From a bacterium (lineage in GTDB: Archaea > Thermoplasmatota > E2 > JACPAO01 > JAHFTW01): DNA of 64,000 bases. Below are positions 1-8,002 of this stretch, piece by piece (within the stretch, counting starts at the first letter, position 1; the number at the start of each line of letters is the position of its first letter). Both the position numbers and the translations under genes were made by a program. The stretch spans positions 32,931 to 96,930 of the forward strand of contig JAZJZE010000002.1 of the NCBI GenBank assembly GCA_040390065.1, read 5' to 3'. Under the pieces are notes generated by a model. The model made no database searches. It was not told the origin of the DNA and saw only the letters and a list, made by a program, of their open reading frames with translations.

Positions 1-479
1 GCGGCGCGGGCTACGAGGTGGCCGCGTGGCTGAGTGTGGGAGGCCCGGGAGAACAGGAATCAAGTGGAGAGAAGGGGAATGGGTTCCTGTTCTCCGTTCG
101 GCTCCTGTTCTTCCCGGCCGTCGTTGTCAGACGGACGGCGAAGTCTCCGAAGACTGGCAAGGTCGCTTTCCCGTTTTTTCCGTGGCTTCCTGGTCTTTCA
201 GGCGCCCGGCGGCCCTCGCGCGACTTTCAGAAAGGTCGATCATCAAGCAGTGAGGCCTTGGCCTTTGCAAGGCTCCGGCCCCACGGCGCGGACGCTTGCG
301 GAATTCATGTTCGGCGCCGCGCCTGGGGCGCGCGACCGCAGCCCTGACCGGGGGCTCACGTTCGTCGGTTGCAGCGGTTGCTTCTGCGTTCGCCGCGTCT
401 TCTTGCCATTCCTTCACCTCGGCGCCGCCGTCGGAGCATGCTTGGAATGGTTCGCTGGCTTGGACAAGCAGGTCGACCG

Positions 480-1043
480 TTACGCGTCCCCTTCGTCGTC
501 GCCCGCCACGGCGCCCGCCTGGCCTTCCGGGTCATCGCCGGTGCCTTCGCCTTCCTCGAGTTCCGGCCCCGGGTGGTAGCCGATGGGCAGGTCGGGATCT
601 TGCGGGCCCTGGTCGAAGTCGTACGGGAACTTGTTCCAGTACGGCGAGTCGTCGAGGACCGTGTACAGGCCGGTCTCCGCGTTGATGCCGCGGATCAGGT
701 GGCTGCCGATGCGGTCGACGTGGTACAGAAGCGTGCCTTGGAACACCTTGTCGCCGATCTGCTTGAAGAAGCGGCCGCACACGGTGATGCCGATGGTGCG
801 CTCCGTCACGAATTCGTCGAGGTAGTGCGCCATGTGGTACGCCGACGGCAACTCGATGTGGGGCCGGATGGTGACCTCTTCGCGCAGGCCGTGCAGGATC
901 ATAAGCGGCGTCGGGACGCCATCCTCACCGGAGGTGGAGTCGTGGTAGGCCTGCAACAGGCCGCGGACGGTCTGGTCGTCCAGCATCTTGGTCCCACGCC
1001 AGGGGCATCCCGCCCTGACGGCTGCGCCCAGGTGTGCACCCAT
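480..1043 (-). CDS. hypothetical protein with acidic Gly/Glu/Asp-rich C-terminal tail; probable start at Met near 986
   Basis: The minus-strand ORF has a balanced composition (K, Y, H, F, W present), unlike the Arg/Ala-rich ORFs overlapping it in other frames. It lies just downstream of the giant surface-protein gene on the same strand. No family recognised. Confidence 0.4.
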   Translation of the reverse strand: MGAHLGAAVRAGCPWRGTKMLDDQTVRGLLQAYHDSTSGEDGVPTPLMILHGLREEVTIRPHIELPSAYHMAHYLDEFVTERTIGITVCGRFFKQIGDKVFQGTLLYHVDRIGSHLIRGINAETGLYTVLDDSPYWNKFPYDFDQGPQDPDLPIGYHPGPELEEGEGTGDDPEGQAGAVAGDDEGDA

Positions 1044-1067
1044 TTGAGCTTATTCGTCGCCGCCCTT

Positions 1068-4000
1068 CTAGGAGGGGCGTCCGGTCGGCGTGTGTCGCCG
1101 GCGCCACAACGCGAAGAACAGGACGCCGGCCACCGCCAACGTGCCGAGGGCCGCGATGAGGATGATGGGCAGCGCTGATCCCGCGCTCGACGTTGGCGTT
1201 GCGCCGGCGTTGCCGAAGGCACCCGTGGCGCCAGCCGGCACCGAGCGGCCGGACGAACCGAGGCGTTGGCAGGCGTCGCCGACGCCGTCGCCGTTGGCGT
1301 CCGCTTGGTCCTTGTTGGGCAGGGCCGGGCAGTTGTCGCGCAACGCGCCCGTGGGGCCGTCGTCCGGCACCGCGTCGCCGTCGACGTCCGTGTCGCAGGC
1401 GTCGCCGACGCCGTCACGGTCCAGGTCGGCCTGGTCGCGGTTCGGGATGTCCGGGCAGTCGTCCGCGCGGTCGATGATGCCGTCGCTGTCCCAGTCCCCG
1501 GGTTGCGATTCATTGGGGATGACGGGCTCGGGGCCGGGCTGCGGCGGTGCGGGCGCGTCCGTCTCGCAGGCGTCGCCGATGCCGTCGTGGTCCGAATCCG
1601 TCTGGTCGTGGTTGGAGATGGACGGACAGTTGTCCGCGGCTTCCTCGATGCCGTCGTTGTCGTTGTCCGTGTGCGGCCCGCTGTCGCGCGCGTTGGGGTC
1701 GCGCCTGACCCAGATGGTGAACGTGTCGCAGGTCGTGTCGACGCCACCGTTGGCATTGCCACCGTCGTCCCTGAGGCAGACCTTGACATCGGCTGTTCCG
1801 TACGTGCCCTTCTTGACCTCGTACGTGAGGTCGCCCCAGCCATTGGCCGCATCGTAGGGACCGTTGCAGCCCGCCATCGGGCACGACCACTTGACGACCG
1901 ACGGGGGCGTCGTGAAGGTCAGGCCCGCGGACGTTCCCGTCACCGTCGTCGTGAACACGAGGTGCTGCTGCGTCGCAGCGCCCCACAATTCATCGGTCGC
2001 CGTGGCGCGCGCCGGCGCGATGCCGGTCGCCCAGGCGGCGACGAGCTGCGGCCCTGCGTCCTGGGTAAGCTCCTGGTCCAAGCCTACGAAGACCGGCGCG
2101 TCGTTGACGCAGGTGGCCGTGATGGCGAAATCGGCAGGCGTGTAGAGATTGACGGCCGGCGCGACGTTCATACCGCTGTCCGTGAGCGTGACGCGGAAGC
2201 GCGCCGTGCCGCACTGGTCCTGCGCCAGCGTGTAGGTGAGGTCACCCCAGGTGCCGCCGCTGAACGGCGACGCCGTAAAGAGCGTCGGGGACACGGCGGG
2301 AGGCATGGCAAACAGGCCTGGATTCGTGACGACGGTGACGGTGAACTTGACGGTCTGTGTGGCGTCCTCACCGGCGTTGCCTGCCGTGATTCCGGTGGCC
2401 CAGCCCGCGACGGTCACAGGGCCGGCGCCGGGCAGGTTGTCCTCGCGCACCGTTGGCGGGTTGGCTGCGTTGAAGTGCGGCGCCTGGTTGACGCACGCCA
2501 CCGAAATGGCCAGGCTGTGGTCGATGCTCGTCGCCGGCTGCGAGTCGGGCGGCGGCGTCATGGTGCCGTCATCGATGAGGGTGATGGTGTACGTGGCCAA
2601 TCCGCATTCGTTGGCCGCGATGGTGTAGCTCAGGTCGCCCCAACCGTTTGCAGCCGTGAACGGACCCGGACAGTAGCTGGGGGACACCATTGTGCAGCCT
2701 GGCTCGCCGCCCTTCTTGCTGACGATTGGATCCGCCATGAGAAGCGTGGAACTGCCCGAGGCAAAGACGACCTTGAAGCGCATCTGCTGGTTCGCCTCGC
2801 TCGCCGGCACGCCCGTCTTGATGTTGTACGCCCAGGCCGGCGTGGAGACGACGGTGCTCGTTCCGGACTGCGAGATGGCGGCCGGGCTGCCGTTGTCGTC
2901 GAACGTCGGCTTGTCGTTGGGGCACGAGACGGTGAGCGTGAAGTCCGTCGCTGGCGTATAGGAGTTGACGTCGGGTGCGACGCTTGCGCCGTTGTCCGTG
3001 AGGGTGACGCGGAACGTGGCTTGGCCGCACAACCCCGTGGCGGACGTGTACGTGAGGTCGCCCCACGGGACGGCGGTGAACGGCCCGGCCGTTGACGTCG
3101 TCTGGGCGACCGACGGCGCCACAGCAAAGAGCGCCGCGTTCGTGATGACGGCGGTCGAGAAGACGAGCTGCTGCGACGATTCGTCGCCCGGGTCGCCTGC
3201 GATGGCGGGGCCGGGCGAGATTGCCGAGGCCCAGCCGATGACCGTCTGCGCGCCGGCGTCCTGCGCCACCGACGGCGGGTCGGCCGCAACGAAGGAGGGC
3301 GCGTCGTTGACGCACGTGACCTTCAACGTGACCGATCTCTGGTCCGTCTTGGCGCCGCCGGTCCCGGTGTTGCCGAGGTCGTCGACGTTGGCGGTCAGCG
3401 TGGTGAAGGTGCCGACGGCGCACTTGTCGGCCGCCGGCGTGAACTGCATGCCATCCAGCGCCGCATCGATGTCGGCCTGCTTGCCTTCGAAGATCATCGT
3501 GGCGTCGGCCGTGCCGTCGCCGACGCAGGCCGCAATGGACGGTGTGCCGGGCGATGCGCCGCCGCAGGCGAAGGACAGACCGGTGACCGTGGCCAGCGTC
3601 AAGGTCCCCTTGCCGACGGCCAAGCGCATGCGCAGCGGGCTCGGGTCGGAGTCAGCGTCGGCAACCGAAATGAGGTTGGAGTTGGCTGTCGAGAAGGTGA
3701 CCGCGTTGTCTTCGAGCATGGTCTGCGCGGCGGCCGGCACCGTGATGACCGGGGCGGAGTTGGCGCTCGTCAGGGTAATGGATACTTCGTTGCTCAGGAC
3801 GGAATCGCCCACACAGTTGCGGGCAAGCACGCGGTAGTAGTTGGTTCCGGATGTCGGGCTGTGCGTGTAGGTGAGGATGCCGGGCAGGGTCGTGCCCAGA
3901 AGCGTGTCCGCCGTGGTGACGCCGGCCGAGGCCTTCCAGTAGATCTTGTACACGAAGCCATACAACGCATCGCCCTTGAGGCCGCAGCCGCCGGGGCGGT

Positions 4001-6512
4001 CGATGCCGCCGGGGGTGTTGATGGGGGCCGTCCAGTCCAGCTTGACGGAGGAGGGCGTCAGCTGGCTGGCCGTCAGCGCGGTCGGCGCCTGCGGCTTCTT
4101 CACTTCGGCGTAAAAGTAGCCCGACTTCAGCCCCTCGCCGAAGCACGTGACGGCCGTGACTTGGTAGTAGTAGTCATTCTCGCCGGCCACGGACAAGTCG
4201 TCGGTGAAGAAATCGGTAATCGCGGTCGCGGACGGCGGCGTCGCACCGCGCCACACGCCGACTTGGCTCGTGACGGGAGTGCCGGCGCCGCCCGACGCGC
4301 CCGTGCCGCGGTAGACGCGGTAGTCGATGATGGGTAGCCCGCCGTCCGTCGGGACGTTCCAGGCCAGCTTGGCCTGCACGAGCGGCGTCGTCGTGTCGCC
4401 ACCCGGGGACGCCTTGCTCGTGGCGAAGGCCCAGGGCGCGACCGTGTTGAACGCCGTGGGCGTGGTGAAGCTCGGAGGCGAGGGCAGTACAGCGTTGGTG
4501 CCCTTGAAGGCGGCAAGCGAACCGTTGTCCATGCCGACCAGCAGCTCGGGGCGACAGTCGCCGTTCAGGTCGCCAAGTGCCATCGGCGAGGTGCCCGCCC
4601 CGGACGTGACGGGCGGCGTGGCCCAGAATGCCGTGGGAGGCGTGGCCCCGCGCGACACCGCGAGGGTCTTGTCCAGCGAACCGAAGGCGAATTCCAGGGT
4701 CGGGGTCGCGCCTTGCACGTAATTGAGGTCGGCAAGCGCGCCGCCGCCGGGGGACTCCGTGTTCGTCGCGGGAGGGGCCGGCACACGGGCCAGGGTCCCC
4801 TTGTCGACGATTGACCCCGTGTAGCCGCGGATTGTGACGTCGCCCTGCTTGGCGCTGTCGGCCGAGTCGGCGGAAGCCTTCACGTTCGCGATGTCCGGCT
4901 TGCCGTCGCCGTCGACGTCGCCGAGGGCCGGCGCGTTCCAGAGGTACGAGTCGGCGGCAGGGGACGTCACAAGCGACGCGCCCGACAGGGCGGCAGCGGT
5001 CTTGACCACGAACAGGGATGGTGTCTGCGTTGGCGTCCCGCTGCGGAAACCGGCGTTCACGGCGATTTCCTGCACGCCATCGCCATCGAGGTCGGCGACG
5101 GCCAGACCTTTCACTTGGTCGCCGGTTCCGGCCTGCTGGTTGCCGGGCAGGGAGACGACCTCACCGAATGTGATGGTCGAACCCACGACGGTGACGATGT
5201 AGACGCGCCCGTTGGGTGGGGCGGGGATGTCGGGGGAGTCGTCGGTGCCCAGGACGATCTCGAGGCCATCGTGGGCGCTGCGCAGTTCGGCAAGGGCCGG
5301 GGCGGCGGACGCGAACTGGTTGTACGTCCCGGTGAGGACACCCGTGGTCACGGCCACCTGGGGGAACTTGGCGTTGGCGACGATGGAGATTGCGCCCGCA
5401 GCATAGTCGAGAACGTACAGGGCCGCAGCCTCCGGCCCATAGCCCCCCGACGTCGCATCCATGGTCAGGACCACGATGTCGTTCTTGCCGTCGCCGTTGA
5501 CGTCGCCGATTGTCGGCGCGATGGGCGTGGTCAGCATGAACGGGGGCGCCCAAGCCGCCAACTGGGCTCCAGTCTGGCCGTTCAGGACCCGGATTTGGTC
5601 GGCAGGGCCGAGGAAACCGCCGGCACCGCCGTCCGTGAAGTCAGCAAAATAGAGGACCACTTCCGGCCACTGGTCTCCGTCCAGGTCGCCGGCTGCCAGT
5701 GTAGCGTGCCCGTCCTTGACGTTCGTGAAGCCTGCAATTCCCGACGACAGCCACAGGGTCGTGAACGCGCCCGCCGGGGACTGGCGCATGGCGCGCACGC
5801 CTGGCGTGCCGGATGCCGTGTTAGAAAAGTCCGTGACGGCGACGATGTCCATGAGGCCGTCGCGGTCGAGGTCGACGATAAGCGGGCTTGATCCGATGGC
5901 TCGCGTTGCGCCGGCGCCCGGCGTCGTCACCACGAGGTCCGCCATCGCCGTCGGGGTCGTCATGGCCGCAGAGAACACGGTCGCCGCCGTGTGGCGACTG
6001 TCCTTGTGGAACTGGGGCCACGCCGCGCCGCTTTGCACGTCGAACGGTGCGCTGGCCACCGACGTCAGGCCGGCGGCGGTCGCCGTCAGGACGTATCCTT
6101 TGCCGATGGTGTCGATGCGCACGTTGCTAAACGTCGCGATGCCGCTTACGAGGCTGGCCGTGACCGTGCTCTGTTTCCCGGCGACGGGGCCCTGCAGAAG
6201 GACGCCGCATGGGCGCGCCGGCGGGCCGGCGGTGGGACACGGGGGCCACGTCGTGATGGCGAGCGTCACGGTGCCGGAGGCGCCGGCGTCGACCGCGTTG
6301 GAACCATCGACGGCTGCGACCTGGATGGCGGGCGTGAAGGCTTCGCCGGCACCGACGTTGGCGGGGGGGACTGTGAACTTGAGGCTGACGGCCCCTGCGG
6401 CCTGCGCGGGCGGAACGGCGAAGAGGCCGGCGACGAAGAGGACTGCGAGGAGCAGGGACGCCGTGCGCGAGCGAGACCTTGGACTACCTTGACCGTCGAA
6501 CGCGACCACCAT
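1068..6512 (-). CDS. giant (1814 aa) secreted surface protein: signal peptide, Ig-like/cadherin-like repeats, six FG-GAP-type Ca-binding repeats, fibronectin type III-like domains, C-terminal TSP3 repeats, single C-terminal TM helix with basic tail
   Basis: N-terminal signal peptide (LLLAVLFVAGLFAVPPAQA). FG-GAP motifs DLDRDGLMDIVAV, GDLDGDQWPEVV, GDVNGDGKNDIVV, ADLDGDGVQEIAV, GDVDGDGKPDIA, GDLNGDCRPELLVG. TSP3 repeats DNDNDGIEEAADNCPSISNHDQTDSDHDGIGDACE ... DNCPALPNKDQADANGDGVGDACQ. C-terminal LPIILIAALGTLAVAGVLFFALWRRRH. Confidence 0.8.
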   Translation of the reverse strand: MVVAFDGQGSPRSRSRTASLLLAVLFVAGLFAVPPAQAAGAVSLKFTVPPANVGAGEAFTPAIQVAAVDGSNAVDAGASGTVTLAITTWPPCPTAGPPARPCGVLLQGPVAGKQSTVTASLVSGIATFSNVRIDTIGKGYVLTATAAGLTSVASAPFDVQSGAAWPQFHKDSRHTAATVFSAAMTTPTAMADLVVTTPGAGATRAIGSSPLIVDLDRDGLMDIVAVTDFSNTASGTPGVRAMRQSPAGAFTTLWLSSGIAGFTNVKDGHATLAAGDLDGDQWPEVVLYFADFTDGGAGGFLGPADQIRVLNGQTGAQLAAWAPPFMLTTPIAPTIGDVNGDGKNDIVVLTMDATSGGYGPEAAALYVLDYAAGAISIVANAKFPQVAVTTGVLTGTYNQFASAAPALAELRSAHDGLEIVLGTDDSPDIPAPPNGRVYIVTVVGSTITFGEVVSLPGNQQAGTGDQVKGLAVADLDGDGVQEIAVNAGFRSGTPTQTPSLFVVKTAAALSGASLVTSPAADSYLWNAPALGDVDGDGKPDIANVKASADSADSAKQGDVTIRGYTGSIVDKGTLARVPAPPATNTESPGGGALADLNYVQGATPTLEFAFGSLDKTLAVSRGATPPTAFWATPPVTSGAGTSPMALGDLNGDCRPELLVGMDNGSLAAFKGTNAVLPSPPSFTTPTAFNTVAPWAFATSKASPGGDTTTPLVQAKLAWNVPTDGGLPIIDYRVYRGTGASGGAGTPVTSQVGVWRGATPPSATAITDFFTDDLSVAGENDYYYQVTAVTCFGEGLKSGYFYAEVKKPQAPTALTASQLTPSSVKLDWTAPINTPGGIDRPGGCGLKGDALYGFVYKIYWKASAGVTTADTLLGTTLPGILTYTHSPTSGTNYYRVLARNCVGDSVLSNEVSITLTSANSAPVITVPAAAQTMLEDNAVTFSTANSNLISVADADSDPSPLRMRLAVGKGTLTLATVTGLSFACGGASPGTPSIAACVGDGTADATMIFEGKQADIDAALDGMQFTPAADKCAVGTFTTLTANVDDLGNTGTGGAKTDQRSVTLKVTCVNDAPSFVAADPPSVAQDAGAQTVIGWASAISPGPAIAGDPGDESSQQLVFSTAVITNAALFAVAPSVAQTTSTAGPFTAVPWGDLTYTSATGLCGQATFRVTLTDNGASVAPDVNSYTPATDFTLTVSCPNDKPTFDDNGSPAAISQSGTSTVVSTPAWAYNIKTGVPASEANQQMRFKVVFASGSSTLLMADPIVSKKGGEPGCTMVSPSYCPGPFTAANGWGDLSYTIAANECGLATYTITLIDDGTMTPPPDSQPATSIDHSLAISVACVNQAPHFNAANPPTVREDNLPGAGPVTVAGWATGITAGNAGEDATQTVKFTVTVVTNPGLFAMPPAVSPTLFTASPFSGGTWGDLTYTLAQDQCGTARFRVTLTDSGMNVAPAVNLYTPADFAITATCVNDAPVFVGLDQELTQDAGPQLVAAWATGIAPARATATDELWGAATQQHLVFTTTVTGTSAGLTFTTPPSVVKWSCPMAGCNGPYDAANGWGDLTYEVKKGTYGTADVKVCLRDDGGNANGGVDTTCDTFTIWVRRDPNARDSGPHTDNDNDGIEEAADNCPSISNHDQTDSDHDGIGDACETDAPAPPQPGPEPVIPNESQPGDWDSDGIIDRADDCPDIPNRDQADLDRDGVGDACDTDVDGDAVPDDGPTGALRDNCPALPNKDQADANGDGVGDACQRLGSSGRSVPAGATGAFGNAGATPTSSAGSALPIILIAALGTLAVAGVLFFALWRRRHTPTGRPS

Positions 6513-6561
6513 TGGATGCCACCGAGCCCTTCCGGGGAAGGGTACCTCGGACCTAGTTTGG

Positions 6562-6572
6562 CCCTACTTAGG
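6562..6572 (-). promoter_or_regulatory. promoter-like CCTAAGTAGGG element about 55 nt upstream of the giant surface-protein gene; related copies at 10493-10504 and 13044-13055
   Basis: Minus-strand reads GCCTAAGTAGGGCC (6562-6572), CCGTAAATAGGGACC (10493-10504), CCGCAAATAGGCGCC (13044-13055). Each lies 35-60 nt upstream of a surface-protein start codon. TATA-box-like with G/C-rich flanks. Confidence 0.4.
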
Positions 6573-6608
6573 CTTTCCGGCCATTGCGTCGCTCGAATCG
6601 CATCGAAA

Positions 6609-7961
6609 CTATTGCGGTCGCACGGGCGGCTTGGGGCGCATGGCCAAGGCCACGACTGCGACCAGGGCCGCGATGGCGAGGGCTCCGACGAGGACGCCGA
6701 CTCCCCACAGCATGTTGGTGGCGGCCGTGTTTGGCGCCGGCGCGGGTTGGTTGCCCCCGGCCGCGCTCGTATCCCTTACGTGGCCGGCGCCGCCAGCCGA
6801 TGCAGGCGTGCCGTAGATATTGTCGAAGTCGCACGCGTCGCCGATGCCGTCCTTGTCGGAGTCCGCCTGGTCCGGATTGGACACGGATGGGCAGTTGTCC
6901 GTGTAGGTGCTGGAGATGCCGTCGTCGGCGATGGCCTGGTTGGGCACGCCGTCGCCGTCGATGTCGTCGTCGCACAGGTCGCCGTGGGTGTCCTCGTCGA
7001 CGTTCGTCTGGGCGTTGTTGGCCTTGTCGGGGCAGTTGTCCGAGGCGTCCGGCACGCCGTCGAAGTCGCGGTCCGGCTGTTGCTGCGGCGGTGGCGTCGG
7101 GGGCGGCGTCTCGCCAGCGGGCGGAGCGGCCGTGTCGTCGTCGCACGCGTCGCCCACGTTGTCACGGTCGGCATCGTCCTGGTCGTGGTTCGGCATGGCG
7201 GGGCAGTTGTCGGCGACGTCGATGACGCCGTCCTGGTCGGTGTCCTGGCCGTCGGCGCCGTCGAAGGGCGTGCAGGAGATGTTGATGTCGTCGAGGAGCG
7301 GGCCCTTGTTGTCGCTGCTGGACGGTGGCTGCGGCGCCGCCTGGAATCCGAGATAGTACGTGCCTTGGTCCGTGACCGTGTACACCGGCGTCTTGAACGT
7401 GGTCCAGACGGTGTTGGAGCTCACGGCCTGGCTGAAGGGCGAGGGCCCCCAGCTGTTGGTGGGCAACGGCCGCGTCAAGGTCGTCGGGGCCGGGATTAGA
7501 TAGGCAAGGACAGTGTCCGCCGTTGCCGAGCGCTGCGGACCCGCAAGCGAGAAGGTGAGCGTGTAGTTGCCCGGCGACAGGAACATCGTGTGGTAGAAGA
7601 AGCCGGCCCGGAACGTCTGGCCGTCGAGCTCGACGAAGGAGCCCATGGTCTTGGTGGCAAACCCTGCGCCCGGGGCCGTGAAGACCGGGTCGTTGGGGCT
7701 GGTGAAGAAGTCGACGGTGCCGTCGAAGACCTTCCAGTTGCGCCACGTCGTGGCCTTGTTCACTTCGCTGGTCTGCGACGTGCCGCTCTGGATGCGGTCG
7801 CCATCGAAATTGTCGTGGAACGTGGCGAAGCCTTCGCAGCCGCGCGCCTGCGCGACGGCGCCGTGCGGCACGACCAGCATGCCGATGGCCAGCACCGCCA
7901 CGACGAGGCACGAACGGGAGAGAGACAGTCCACCCACGCCCTTCACATTTCGGCCAGGCAT
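6609..7961 (-). CDS. secreted surface protein: N-terminal beta-rich domain plus TSP3 repeats plus C-terminal TM anchor with basic tail
   Basis: Signal peptide MPGRNVKGVGGLSLSRSCLVVAVLAIGMLVVPHGAVAQA; start taken at the Met at 7961 rather than the most upstream start of the ORF. TSP3 repeats DQDGVIDVADNCPAMPNHDQDDADRDNVGDACDDD, DNCPDKANNAQTNVDEDTHGDLCDDDIDGDG, DNCPSVSNPDQADSDKDGIGDACD. C-terminal hydrophobic helix then RPKPPVRPQ. Only 41 bp downstream of the preceding gene, so likely co-transcribed with it. Confidence 0.7.
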   Translation of the reverse strand: MPGRNVKGVGGLSLSRSCLVVAVLAIGMLVVPHGAVAQARGCEGFATFHDNFDGDRIQSGTSQTSEVNKATTWRNWKVFDGTVDFFTSPNDPVFTAPGAGFATKTMGSFVELDGQTFRAGFFYHTMFLSPGNYTLTFSLAGPQRSATADTVLAYLIPAPTTLTRPLPTNSWGPSPFSQAVSSNTVWTTFKTPVYTVTDQGTYYLGFQAAPQPPSSSDNKGPLLDDINISCTPFDGADGQDTDQDGVIDVADNCPAMPNHDQDDADRDNVGDACDDDTAAPPAGETPPPTPPPQQQPDRDFDGVPDASDNCPDKANNAQTNVDEDTHGDLCDDDIDGDGVPNQAIADDGISSTYTDNCPSVSNPDQADSDKDGIGDACDFDNIYGTPASAGGAGHVRDTSAAGGNQPAPAPNTAATNMLWGVGVLVGALAIAALVAVVALAMRPKPPVRPQ

Positions 7962-8002
7962 ATGAGGCTTGTCTGCGGACCCCTGGAGGGCCGCGGTGCT
8001 CG

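Noticed and set aside
127-417. 96-aa minus-strand ORF (MKEWQEDAANAEATAATDE...) and other ORFs in the first 480 bp
   Set aside because: Weak composition and no motifs. The region more likely holds the 3-prime UTR of the 480-1043 gene plus a copy of the GAAAGGTCGATCATC palindromic element.
899-3423. Long ORFs overlapping the giant surface-protein gene in other frames or on the other strand (899-1852, 1090-1857, 1266-3095, 2569-3423 and similar)
   Set aside because: Arg/Ala/Pro/Thr-rich low-complexity translations with few Lys/Tyr/Phe, typical high-GC frame artefacts. The minus-strand 1068-6512 frame alone carries recognisable FG-GAP and TSP3 domains.
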